DNA of 26,081 nt, taken from positions 1-26,081 of IMG/VR virus record IMGVR_UViG_3300011339_000331. The stretch is one strand, 5' to 3'. Shown in pieces: positions 1 through 7,909 of this stretch. Both the position numbers and the translations under genes were made by a program. This DNA is from a virus. Lineage: Duplodnaviria > Caudoviricetes. The notes beneath the pieces are model-generated. The model was not told the DNA's origin, searched no databases, and was given only the letters and a program-made list of their open reading frames with translations. Every line of letters starts with the position of its first letter. Position 1 is the first letter of the stretch.

Positions 1-1056
1 GAGACGCTGAACCTGCTGCCGATCGAGCTCCTGCCCAAGGGCTACACCGAGCGCACCCACGCGCCCAGCATGCGCATCGTGAACCCTGAGAACGGCTCGA
101 CCATCGTCGGCGAGAGCGGCGACAACATCGGCCGAGGCAACCGCACCTCGATCTACTTCAAGGACGAGTCGGCCTTCTACGAGCGCCCCGACGCGATCGA
201 CGCGGCGCTGTCCCAGACCTCCAACTGCAAGGGCGACGTGAGCACGCCAAACGGCGCAGGCAATCCGTTCTACCGCAAGCGGCATGGTGGCCGGATCAAG
301 ATCTTCGTGTTTGACTGGAAGGACGACCCGCGCAAGGACGAAGCCTGGTACGAGCGCCAGAAGTCGACGCTGGACCCGGTCATCGTGGCGCAGGAGATCG
401 ACCGCGACTACACCGCCTCGGTGTCCAATGCCTGGATCTCTGGGCCCATCGTGCTCGAGGCCATGCGCCGGGGCCCGGCTGACGTGCAGGCCATCGGGCC
501 GCTGATGGTCGGCGTCGACGTGGCTCGGTTCGGCAACGACAAGAGCTGCATCACCTTCCGCAAGGGCCGGGTGGTCTACCCGCAGATCGTCTTCGGCATG
601 TGCGACGTGGTCGACGTGGCCGGCCGCGTGAAGCAGGCGATCGAGGCCTGGGGCGAGGCACCTAGCCAGATCGCGGTGGACACCATCGGCATCGGATCCG
701 GTGTGGCCGACATCCTGCGGCGCGAGTTCAAGCGCCAGGTGGTGGACGTCAACTCGAGCCTGCGCCTGTCCGACGGCCAGAACTACAACCTGCGGGCCAG
801 GATGTGGCGCGACCTGCGCGAGTATCTGAAAAACGGGGCGTCGATCCCCAATGATCCCGAGCTGTCGACTGACCTCACAGCCCTGCAATACGAGTTCCGT
901 GGCGGTGAAATGCTGATGGAATCGAAGGATGACGCCAAGAAACGCGGCATCAAATCACCAGACAGGGCAGACAGTTTGGCGTTAACATTCGCCCATCCCG
1001 CGCGCGACATGGCAGATCTGCCTGCGCGTGCTCACACCGAATACGCAATTTTCTAG
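1..1056 (+). CDS. terL: Terminase large subunit, 5'-truncated (C-terminal part of the ATPase plus the RNase H-like nuclease)
   Basis: Frame is open from base 1. Motifs: GRG, Walker B-like IYFKDESAF, coupling motif VSTPNG, nuclease motifs GVDVARFGNDKS, AVDTIGIGSGV and SPDRADSL. Lies upstream of the portal. Confidence 0.95.
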   Translation, partial: ETLNLLPIELLPKGYTERTHAPSMRIVNPENGSTIVGESGDNIGRGNRTSIYFKDESAFYERPDAIDAALSQTSNCKGDVSTPNGAGNPFYRKRHGGRIKIFVFDWKDDPRKDEAWYERQKSTLDPVIVAQEIDRDYTASVSNAWISGPIVLEAMRRGPADVQAIGPLMVGVDVARFGNDKSCITFRKGRVVYPQIVFGMCDVVDVAGRVKQAIEAWGEAPSQIAVDTIGIGSGVADILRREFKRQVVDVNSSLRLSDGQNYNLRARMWRDLREYLKNGASIPNDPELSTDLTALQYEFRGGEMLMESKDDAKKRGIKSPDRADSLALTFAHPARDMADLPARAHTEYAIF

Positions 1057-1065
1057 GAGTTCATC

Positions 1066-1272
1066 ATGGGTGGATTGTTCAGCAAGCCAAAGGTCCAGCA
1101 GGCCCCGACCCCTGTCGAAATCAAGGCACCCGTGGTCAACACCGAGCAGGTAGAGCGCACAGCCACCGACATCATGCGCCGACGCAGAGGCACGCAGGCC
1201 ACCATCACAGGGGCCGGCGAGATCGGATCCACCTCTGGTTCTGTCGCAGCCAAGTCGCTGCTGGGAGCCTGA
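1066..1272 (+). CDS. Small virion-associated protein between terL and portal (paralog 1, MGGLF...RRRRG...KSLLG)
   Basis: AGGAG RBS at 1055-1059; 68 aa; occupies the usual position of small basic pre-portal genes in podoviruses; paralogous to the next gene. Confidence 0.8.
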   Translation: MGGLFSKPKVQQAPTPVEIKAPVVNTEQVERTATDIMRRRRGTQATITGAGEIGSTSGSVAAKSLLGA

Positions 1273-1274
1273 TC

Positions 1275-1526
1275 ATGGGTGGATTGTTTCGCAAAAAACC
1301 AGCCGCTGCTGCACCCGCCGCCGCACCCGCTGCTGCACCAGAAGCCACTTCCGCAGCTGCTGCTACCGAGCCGGCAAGCACTACACCACTGACGGCGCAG
1401 GAACAAACCACGGTCGCCGCACAGGTGCGCCGCAAGCGCAACGGCTTGGGCAGCACGATGACTGGCGCTGCGGCCGCAGGCACGACTGCCGGATCGGTGG
1501 CGTCGAAGGCTTTGCTCGGCCAATGA
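1275..1526 (+). CDS. Small Ala-rich protein, paralog 2 of the preceding gene
   Basis: GGGAG RBS at 1263-1267; same MGGLF start and RR-x-R-x-G...T-x-TGA...GSVA-x-K-x-LLG end as 1066-1272. Confidence 0.8.
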   Translation: MGGLFRKKPAAAAPAAAPAAAPEATSAAAATEPASTTPLTAQEQTTVAAQVRRKRNGLGSTMTGAAAAGTTAGSVASKALLGQ

Positions 1527-1527
1527 T

Positions 1528-1544
1528 GATGCGATAATCTCAAC
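1528..1544. promoter_or_regulatory. 17-bp palindromic operator-like site overlapping a possible extended -10 (TGcGATAAT) upstream of the portal
   Basis: GATGCGATAATCTCAAC, the same family as sites at 5047, 6937 and 20300; AT-rich intergenic gap. Confidence 0.55.
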
Positions 1545-1564
1545 AATACTAGGAGCGCCTCAAC

Positions 1565-3223
1565 ATGGCCGATTCACGCGCAGACACCTGCCTTTCCCAG
1601 CACGACCGGCTGAAGACCCAGCGCTCCACCTTCGAGAAGGTGTGGCAGCAGATCGAGGACCGGATCAACCCGACCGACGTGCAGTTCTCGTCGACCGTGG
1701 CAAACACCACCAAGGGGCAACAGAACACCGAGAAGGTGTTCGACTCGACGCCCGGCCTGGCGCTGGACCGCTTCAAGGCGGCGATCCACTCGCTGGTGAC
1801 GCCCCGCAACCAAACCTGGCACAAGCTCAAAGCCTCCGACGAGGCCCTGGCTGACGACCAGGAGGTCACCCGCTACCTCGAGGAGGTCAACAAGCGGCTG
1901 TTCTCGGCACGCTATGCGGCCAACTTCGACACCGAGGTACAGGGCTCCTACTACCAGGCCGGCAAGTTCGGCAGTATGGGCATGTTCGTTGGCGAGCGCC
2001 CAGGAAAGTCGCTGTTCTACCGCTCGGTGCCGATGAAGCAGCTGTTCTTTGCCGAGAACGAGTTTGGCATTGTCGACCTGGTGCACCGTGATTGGTTCTG
2101 GACGGCTCGCCAGGCGTTTCAGCGCTGGGGCAACAAGCTGCCGCAGGCCATCCAACGGGCTGCCGAGAAGTCGCCCGAGGCTGAGTTCCGCTTCCTGCAT
2201 GTGGTCAAGCCGCGCGCCGACGCCGACGTCACACGCAAGGACTACCGGGGCATGGAGTTCGTGAGCTACTACATCTCCTTCGACACTCGCGAGGTGATCG
2301 AGGAGGGCGGCTTCCGCGCGTTCCCATACCCGGTGAGCCGCTACGACCTGACGTCTGGCGAGGTCTACGGCCGCAGCCCGTGCATGACGATCCTGCCCGA
2401 CGTGAAGATGCTCAACGAGATGAACCGCACGACCATCCAGGCCGCGCAGCTCAAACTGCTTCCGCCCATGCTGGCGCATCGTGACGGCATCCTGGACGCT
2501 GTGCGCTTGACGCCTGGCGCTCTGAACTACGGCGGCGTCGACGACAACGGCCGGCAGATGATCCAGCCACTCGATGTGGGTGGCGACATCAACATCGGCA
2601 TGGAGATGATGAACCAGAAGCGCTCGGTCATCAACGACGCGCTGCTGTCCACGCTGTTCCAGATCCTGGTCGACAAGCCCAACATCACGGCCACCGAGGC
2701 CATGCTGCGTGCGCAGGAGAAGGGCCAGCTGATCGGCCCGACTGGTGCCCGTATTGAGTCCGAGTTTCTGTCCAACATGCTTTACCGTGAGCTCGACATC
2801 CTGGCCGCTGCCGGCCAGCTGCCCGAGATGCCCGAGAAGCTGGCAGAGCGTGGCGGTCTGTTCGAGATCGAGTACGACAGCCCACTGTCTCGCGCCCGTG
2901 AAGCCGAGGGTGGCGTCGCGATCCTGCGCACCTTCGAGCAGCTCGCACCGATCGCCCAGATTGCTGGCGCTGCGGTCTACAAGCGCTTCAACGTCGACAA
3001 GATCAGCGAGGAACTGGCGCGCTTGAACGGCATGCCGGCCAAGCTGCTCTACACCGACGACGAGATGGAAGGCATCGACGCAGCAGCAGCCGAGCAGGCC
3101 CAGATGCAGCAGCTGCTGCAAGCCGCACCCGTGGCTGCCAGTGCGGCCAAGGACATCGCCCAGGCTTCGGCTCTGGCTGGTGCACAGCCCAATGAAGTAA
3201 TCCCCGGCCCGCTGCCATCATGA
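1565..3223 (+). CDS. Portal protein (head-tail connector, BPP-1/T7-like podovirus type)
   Basis: 552 aa; AGGAG RBS; motifs FDST, FPYPVSRY...GEVYGRSP, TATEAMLRAQEK...GP and IEYDSPL typical of podovirus head-tail connectors; synteny. Confidence 0.93.
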   Translation: MADSRADTCLSQHDRLKTQRSTFEKVWQQIEDRINPTDVQFSSTVANTTKGQQNTEKVFDSTPGLALDRFKAAIHSLVTPRNQTWHKLKASDEALADDQEVTRYLEEVNKRLFSARYAANFDTEVQGSYYQAGKFGSMGMFVGERPGKSLFYRSVPMKQLFFAENEFGIVDLVHRDWFWTARQAFQRWGNKLPQAIQRAAEKSPEAEFRFLHVVKPRADADVTRKDYRGMEFVSYYISFDTREVIEEGGFRAFPYPVSRYDLTSGEVYGRSPCMTILPDVKMLNEMNRTTIQAAQLKLLPPMLAHRDGILDAVRLTPGALNYGGVDDNGRQMIQPLDVGGDINIGMEMMNQKRSVINDALLSTLFQILVDKPNITATEAMLRAQEKGQLIGPTGARIESEFLSNMLYRELDILAAAGQLPEMPEKLAERGGLFEIEYDSPLSRAREAEGGVAILRTFEQLAPIAQIAGAAVYKRFNVDKISEELARLNGMPAKLLYTDDEMEGIDAAAAEQAQMQQLLQAAPVAASAAKDIAQASALAGAQPNEVIPGPLPS

Positions 3224-3224
3224 C

Positions 3225-3410
3225 GTGCGCATCATGCTGACCACCATCGTGGTGACGTTCGAGTCGACCGAGGGTCGGCTCGTTGATGGTGACCCGACAG
3301 GCTGGCTGGCTGTGATCGATGAGCTCCCCGAGTTCGTGGGCCACGGCCACAGCGAAGACGAGGCGGCGGCAAATTTGTGTGAACAGTTGAATGAAATCGT
3401 ATGGCACTGA
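3225..3410 (+). CDS. Orphan HicB-like antitoxin domain (partial RNase H fold, no DNA-binding domain); start GTG 3225 or ATG 3234
   Basis: GWLAVIDELPEFVGHGHSEDEAAANLCEQL fits the HicB N-terminal pattern (A-x-x-P/D-E-L-P-x4-G-x-T/S-x-E/D-E-A-x-x-N-L). Fills the gap between the portal and the next gene. RBS unclear. Confidence 0.65.
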   Translation: MRIMLTTIVVTFESTEGRLVDGDPTGWLAVIDELPEFVGHGHSEDEAAANLCEQLNEIVWH

Positions 3411-3691
3411 ACGTCTCGATGTTCCTGAAGTTTTGGAACCTGCGCGAGCATTACCGCGCCGTCTTTTGGCGATCTGAAACCGATGAGGCGCACCTGCGTG
3501 CGATCATCAACGACCTGCGCGAGTTCTGTCGCGCGGACCAATCGTGTGTCGTGGTGGCGAAGGATGGCCGCATCGACACGCATGCGTCGGCTGTAGCGGA
3601 AGGCCGGCGCGAAGTGTGGCTGCGGATCACGCAGACCCTCAACCTTTCCGACGAAACCCTGCAACGCTTTAAGGAGCAAGAGAATGACTGA
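3401..3691 (+). CDS. Bbp19-like small head-module protein
   Basis: Y-x-x-VF...IINDLREFC...AVAEGRREVWLRI pattern; conserved position between portal and scaffold. Confidence 0.8.
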   Translation: MALNVSMFLKFWNLREHYRAVFWRSETDEAHLRAIINDLREFCRADQSCVVVAKDGRIDTHASAVAEGRREVWLRITQTLNLSDETLQRFKEQEND

Positions 3692-4202
3692 ACCCATTGC
3701 GCAATACATCGGCGTGAAGCTGATCAACGCCAAACCAATGACTCGCCTAGAGTACAACACCTTCCGTGGCTGGGCCCTACCTGCTGACGAAAACGGCGAC
3801 GATGAAGGCTACCTGGTCGAATACCTCGACGGCGGCAAGGCCAACCACAAAGACTACGAGGGCTACATCTCTTGGTCGCCGAAGGACGTGTTCGACCGGG
3901 CATATGGCCCGACCACTGGCATGACCTTTGGCTTGGCGATCGAGGCCTTGAAGAAGGGCTCCAAGGTGGCGCGAGCTGGCTGGAATGGCAAAGGCATGTG
4001 GCTTGTGTTGGTGCCAGGCACAAAGGACGTCGCACTGCGTGCGGGCACGCCATACGAAAAGGCGCTCGGCGATGTTCCTCCGATCGAAATCCTTCCGCAC
4101 ATCGACATGTGGACGACGAACGCACAAGGCCGTCGCGCGATGCTGCCGGGCTGGCTCGCCAGCCAGACTGATATGCTTGCCAACGACTGGTCGATTGTTT
4201 GA
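3684..4202 (+). CDS. tad2: Two-domain protein: N-terminal YIGVK...GYLVEY...SWSPK domain fused to a C-terminal DUF2829/Tad2-family nucleotide-signal sponge
   Basis: C-terminal half (from M80, base 3921) has MTFGLAIEALKKG-x-KVARAGWNGKGMWL...W-x-x-SQTDMLA-x-DW, the DUF2829/Tad2 signature; TAAGGAG RBS. Confidence 0.85.
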   Translation: MTEPIAQYIGVKLINAKPMTRLEYNTFRGWALPADENGDDEGYLVEYLDGGKANHKDYEGYISWSPKDVFDRAYGPTTGMTFGLAIEALKKGSKVARAGWNGKGMWLVLVPGTKDVALRAGTPYEKALGDVPPIEILPHIDMWTTNAQGRRAMLPGWLASQTDMLANDWSIV

Positions 4203-4228
4203 CCGCCACACACCAAGGAGCCTAAGCC

Positions 4229-4987
4229 ATGACTGATCCCGTATCGAATCCCGCACCGGCCGCACCTGCTGCACCGGCACCAGCCGTAGCTGCCGCGCCT
4301 GCTGCACCCGTGAACGCTGCTAGCGCTCTGATGGGCGACCCTGCCGCCGCTGCTGGCGCTGCTGCTGCTCCGGCCGCACCGGCTGCCGCTGATCCTGCTG
4401 CGGATCCAGCCAATCCCGCCGACCCTGCACCTGCCGCGCTGACTATGCCCGGCAAGGACGCGACGCCCGAGGAGTGGTCCGCGTTCTACGCCCAGATCGG
4501 CCGGCCAGAGACGCCCGAGGGCTACGAGCTGCCGCTGCCTGAAGGCGACGACGGCGCGTTCGCCAAGCAGATGGCCCCGATCCTCCACAAGCATGGCGTG
4601 AGCGCCGAGCAGGCCAAGGGCCTGGCTGCCGACTGGAACGCGATGGTGGCCGCACAGGTCGCCGAGATGGATGCAGCCGATGCTGCACACGCCACAGCCA
4701 TGAACGCCAAGAACACGGCCGAGGCTGCCGATCTCAAGAACGAGTGGGGCCAGGCGCACGACGCCAACATGCACTTTGCCAAGCTGGCGGTGCAGCAGTT
4801 CATGCCCGCCGAGAAGGCCGGCGACGTGATCGCGGCGATCGAGTCCAAGCTCGGCTACAAGGCGACGATCCAGTTCTTGCACGGCATCGGCAAGGGTCTG
4901 GGCGAGCATGACGCGGCCGGCATGGGTGCCAACAACAGCGCAGCCCCAAGAACATTGGCCGAGCGTTTGTACCCTGGCGCGACCTGA
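4229..4987 (+). CDS. Capsid scaffolding/assembly protein
   Basis: AAGGAG RBS; Ala/Pro-rich N-terminus, GRPETPEGYEL, helical core with LKNEWG, C-terminal LAERLY; immediately before the major capsid gene. Confidence 0.85.
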   Translation: MTDPVSNPAPAAPAAPAPAVAAAPAAPVNAASALMGDPAAAAGAAAAPAAPAAADPAADPANPADPAPAALTMPGKDATPEEWSAFYAQIGRPETPEGYELPLPEGDDGAFAKQMAPILHKHGVSAEQAKGLAADWNAMVAAQVAEMDAADAAHATAMNAKNTAEAADLKNEWGQAHDANMHFAKLAVQQFMPAEKAGDVIAAIESKLGYKATIQFLHGIGKGLGEHDAAGMGANNSAAPRTLAERLYPGAT

Positions 4988-5006
4988 TCTGTTGTTTTAA
5001 CGCAAC

Positions 5007-5036
5007 AAAGCCCGCTTCATCGCGGGTTTTCTTTTT
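5007..5036 (+). terminator. Rho-independent terminator after the scaffold gene
   Basis: Stem AAAGCCCGC / GCGGGTTTT, loop TTCATC, followed by CTTTTT. Confidence 0.85.
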
Positions 5037-5046
5037 GCGGCCGCGC

Positions 5047-5082
5047 ATTGCGAGATTCGCATCAGTGTTGTATATTCACAAC
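5047..5082 (+). promoter_or_regulatory. Sigma70-like promoter for the capsid gene, overlapped by two palindromic operator-like sites
   Basis: TTGCGA (5048-5053), 17 bp, TATATT (5071-5076); palindromes ATTGCGAGATTCGCATC (5047-5063) and GTTGTATATTCACAAC (5067-5082). Confidence 0.7.
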
Positions 5083-5149
5083 CGATTGGTGCCGAATTCT
5101 CCGACGAGGCATCGAGTGACCCCCGAAGTCTCATTTTTGGAGCTTATCA

Positions 5150-6199
5150 ATGGCAACTCTCCCCACCAAGGCTGGCGCGGTCACTTTGACTGATTTCGCC
5201 AAGTCCATCGACCCCAACGGCTCTACAGCCACCGTCATCGAACTGCTCTCGCAGTCCAATGAAATCTTGCAGGACATGACCTTCATCGAAGGTAACCTGC
5301 CCACCGGCCACCAGAGCACGATCCGCACTGGCCTGCCTACTCCGACATGGCGCAAGCTGTATCAGGGTGTGCAGCCCACCAAGAGCACTCGCGCACAGGT
5401 CGTCGACACCTGCGGCATGCTGGAAGCCCGCAACGAGATCGACGTCAAAGTCGCCTCGCTGAACGGCAACACAGCTCAGTTCCGCATGTCCGAAGCCATG
5501 TCCGAGATCGAAGGCATGAACCAGGCCCTCGGCGAAACTCTGATTTACGGCGACACGTCCGTGAACCCTGAGCGCTTCACCGGCTTGACACCTCGCTACA
5601 ACACCCTGTCCGCTTCTGTGCCCACAAGCCAGAACGTGATCGACGCTGGCGGCACCGGCTCCGACAACACCTCGGTGTGGTTGGTGGTCTACGGTGAGAA
5701 CACCATCACCGGCATCTATCCAAAGGGCTCGCAGGCTGGTTTGAACCACCAAGACCTGGGCGAGATCGACGCCTTCGACGCATCCAACAACCGCTATCGC
5801 GCTTACGCCGATCTGTGGAAGTGGGACGTGGGTTTGGCCGTTCGCGACTGGCGCTACGCCGTGCGCATCGCCAACATCGACGTGTCCGACCTGGTCGCCC
5901 AGAGCGGCACCCAGGCATCGACTGCCGGCACTGCACTGATCAAGACCATGATCCGCGCAATGGCTCGCATCCCGATGATGGGCATGGGTCGCCCTGTGTT
6001 CTACGCGAACCGCACAGTGAAGGAATTCCTGAGCATCGCCGCGATGGACAAGTCGAACGGCGCACTGGCTGTCCAGCCTGCCGCCAACCAGTTCGGCACT
6101 GTGGCTCCTGGCTCCGTGAATAACGGCACCACGACCTTCCTGGGTATCCCGGTTCGCACCGTGGACCGCATCCTGTCCACTGAGGCCCGCGTGGTCTGA
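5150..6199 (+). CDS. Major capsid protein (epsilon15 gp7 / BPP-1 Bbp17-like, HK97 fold)
   Basis: 349 aa; IELLSQSNEILQDM, RTGLPTPTWRKLYQGV, F-x-GL-x-x-RY, DWRYAVRIANID and C-terminal GIPVR-x-x-D-x-ILSTEARV; strongly biased codon usage. Confidence 0.95.
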   Translation: MATLPTKAGAVTLTDFAKSIDPNGSTATVIELLSQSNEILQDMTFIEGNLPTGHQSTIRTGLPTPTWRKLYQGVQPTKSTRAQVVDTCGMLEARNEIDVKVASLNGNTAQFRMSEAMSEIEGMNQALGETLIYGDTSVNPERFTGLTPRYNTLSASVPTSQNVIDAGGTGSDNTSVWLVVYGENTITGIYPKGSQAGLNHQDLGEIDAFDASNNRYRAYADLWKWDVGLAVRDWRYAVRIANIDVSDLVAQSGTQASTAGTALIKTMIRAMARIPMMGMGRPVFYANRTVKEFLSIAAMDKSNGALAVQPAANQFGTVAPGSVNNGTTTFLGIPVRTVDRILSTEARVV

Positions 6200-6202
6200 T
6201 CA

Positions 6203-6228
6203 AGCTAGGGGCTTCGGCCCCTGGTTTG
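6203..6228 (+). terminator. UUCG-tetraloop hairpin after the capsid gene (leaky terminator or mRNA stabiliser)
   Basis: GCTAGGGGC-TTCG-GCCCCTGGT with only a short U tract. Confidence 0.7.
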
Positions 6229-6256
6229 TCCTCCCCCATTTTTCAAGGAACCCATC

Positions 6257-6688
6257 ATGATCCTCGATACCCAAGAAACATTCAGCGACGCCCAGAGCGT
6301 TGCATCCGCTGCTGGCGACGTGGCCTCGACCAACGTCTACGACACCGGCGCTGCTGCCGACATCGGCATCGGCAATGACGTCTACCTGTACGCCAAGATG
6401 AACGCCGCCCTCGTTGGTGCTGGCGCGTCCATCGCTGTCGTGTTGCAGGACTCGGCCGACAACTCCACCTTTGCCGACGTGCAAGTGGTCAGCAAGGTCA
6501 CTCCCGTGGCCTCCGCTGTCGCCAACGCCGAGCTGGTTCGCGCCCGCCTGCCGATCGGCCTGCGCCGCTACATCCGCTTGGCCTACCGCATCTCTGGCGC
6601 GACCACCACTGGTGGCACTGTGACTTCGGCCCTGGTGCTGGATGTGCAGGCCCAGCAGTACGGCGCTAGTGGCTTCACGGTGGCCTGA
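6257..6688 (+). CDS. Bbp16-like capsid cement/decoration protein
   Basis: MILD...FSDAQ...STNVYD...DIG-x-G...LQDSADNSTF...RRYIRL-x-Y pattern; directly after the capsid gene. Confidence 0.85.
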   Translation: MILDTQETFSDAQSVASAAGDVASTNVYDTGAAADIGIGNDVYLYAKMNAALVGAGASIAVVLQDSADNSTFADVQVVSKVTPVASAVANAELVRARLPIGLRRYIRLAYRISGATTTGGTVTSALVLDVQAQQYGASGFTVA

Positions 6689-6888
6689 TGCGAGTCGTAG
6701 CCAACTCCATCGGCTACTTCGGTGCACTGCGCAGCGCAGGCGACGAGTTCGAGGTGCCAGACGGCACCAAGGGCTCCTGGTTTGCGCCCGTAGCGCCCGA
6801 GGGTAAGGCGAAGTCAGCCAAGAGCAAGGCCAAGAGCGAGAGCTCTGAGCCTGAGCAACCAGGCGACGAAGTCTCAGACGCGATCTGA
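6688..6888 (+). CDS. Small head-associated hypothetical protein
   Basis: TGATG overlap with the previous stop; GYF-x-x-LR-x-x-GDEFEV...SWF beta-rich core and a Lys/Ser-rich tail, as seen in small post-capsid genes. Confidence 0.75.
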   Translation: MRVVANSIGYFGALRSAGDEFEVPDGTKGSWFAPVAPEGKAKSAKSKAKSESSEPEQPGDEVSDAI

Positions 6889-6911
6889 GGCGCGCCCAAG
6901 GGCAAACGAAC

Positions 6912-6935
6912 ACGGGCGCTTTATGCGCCCGTTTT
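6912..6935 (+). terminator. Rho-independent terminator
   Basis: ACGGGCGC-TTTAT-GCGCCCGT followed by TTT. Confidence 0.8.
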
Positions 6936-6936
6936 C

Positions 6937-6966
6937 ATTGTGATAACCGCATCAGCGGGATAGAAT
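6937..6966 (+). promoter_or_regulatory. Sigma70-like promoter with a palindromic operator-like site over the -35
   Basis: TTGTGA (6938-6943), 17 bp, TAGAAT (6961-6966); palindrome ATTGTGATAACCGCATC (6937-6953); same geometry as 5047. Confidence 0.7.
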
Positions 6967-6991
6967 TCAGCAACACACACAGGAGCCCACC

Positions 6992-7315
6992 ATGGCACTC
7001 GTCAGCATGAAAACCGAGGGCGAGATGACCGCCCAGCCCATCAGCAACGAATACGGCTATGGCACCGAGATCCGTTTGAACGAAGACCAGTGCGCAGCTC
7101 TTGGCATCATGAAGCCGCTCGAGGCCGGCACCAAGGTGTCGATCGAGGCCGTGGCCTTCGTCAAGTCGGCCACCCAGAGCATCGGCGACGATGCCGACGA
7201 CACAGCCCCCGAGGTCTACATGTGCCTCCAGATCACCGACCTGGGCATGAAACCCATGGCCGGCCGCGACAAGAAGGTCATGGCGAAGTCGCTCTACGCA
7301 GACGGCGAGGAGTGA
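6992..7315 (+). CDS. Epsilon15 gp10-like capsid staple protein
   Basis: AGGAG RBS; MALVSMK...YGYG-x-x-I-x-L...LGI...G...V...LQITD pattern as recalled for gp10-like staples. Confidence 0.7.
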   Translation: MALVSMKTEGEMTAQPISNEYGYGTEIRLNEDQCAALGIMKPLEAGTKVSIEAVAFVKSATQSIGDDADDTAPEVYMCLQITDLGMKPMAGRDKKVMAKSLYADGEE

Positions 7316-7318
7316 TCC

Positions 7319-7909
7319 ATGGCGTCCGATGTCTCCATTGCCAACCGCGCCCTGACCAAGCTGGGCGCTGATCGCATCCTGCTGCTTACCGATGAGACGC
7401 AGGCGGCGCGCACAATCAACTCCATGTATGCCGACGTGCGCGACGCGGAGATCCAGCGCTATCACTGGAAGTTTTCGATCAAGCGGACCAGCCTGTCTGC
7501 GCTCGTCGCTGCTCCTGCCTGGGGCTACGACTACCAGTACCCGCTGCCGGCCGACTACCTCGGCCTGGTGCAGGTCGGCGAGTATTACGCCCGCGCACTG
7601 AATGACAAACGCGCGCCCTGGTCGGTCGAGAACGGCATGATCCTGACCAACCTCGAGGCCCCACTCAAGCTGCGCTACAAGGCCCGCATCGAGAACGCGG
7701 CGATGTTTGATCCGCTGTTCGTCGAGGTGTTCGCCAGCAAGCTGGCGATGGAAGCCTGCGAGACGCTGACACAGTCCGCCTCCAAGTACGATGCTGCCGC
7801 GCAGGGCTACAAATTCGCGCTGAGTGAAGCCGCACGCCAGGACGCCATCGAGAACCCGCCGGACGAGTACCCCTGGGGCACTTGGCTGGACTCGCGAGAG
7901 GCTGACTGA
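7319..7909 (+). CDS. Tail adaptor (tail tubular protein A-like)
   Basis: 196 aa; I-x-N-x-AL-x-x-LG, H-x-W-x-F, Y-x-Y-x-LP-x-D and FDPLF...KLA motifs; position before the nozzle. Confidence 0.85.
   Translation: MASDVSIANRALTKLGADRILLLTDETQAARTINSMYADVRDAEIQRYHWKFSIKRTSLSALVAAPAWGYDYQYPLPADYLGLVQVGEYYARALNDKRAPWSVENGMILTNLEAPLKLRYKARIENAAMFDPLFVEVFASKLAMEACETLTQSASKYDAAAQGYKFALSEAARQDAIENPPDEYPWGTWLDSREAD

Noticed and set aside
1066-1290. MGGLF as an N-myristoylation signal
   Set aside because: A eukaryotic modification; nothing in this phage context supports it.
4229-4440. GCC/GCT/CCT-rich quasi-repeats
   Set aside because: Explained by the Ala/Pro low-complexity N-terminus of the scaffold protein.
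5085-5145. Structured RNA in the capsid gene leader
   Set aside because: Only a weak 8-bp stem with G-U pairs; not enough to call an ncRNA or riboswitch.
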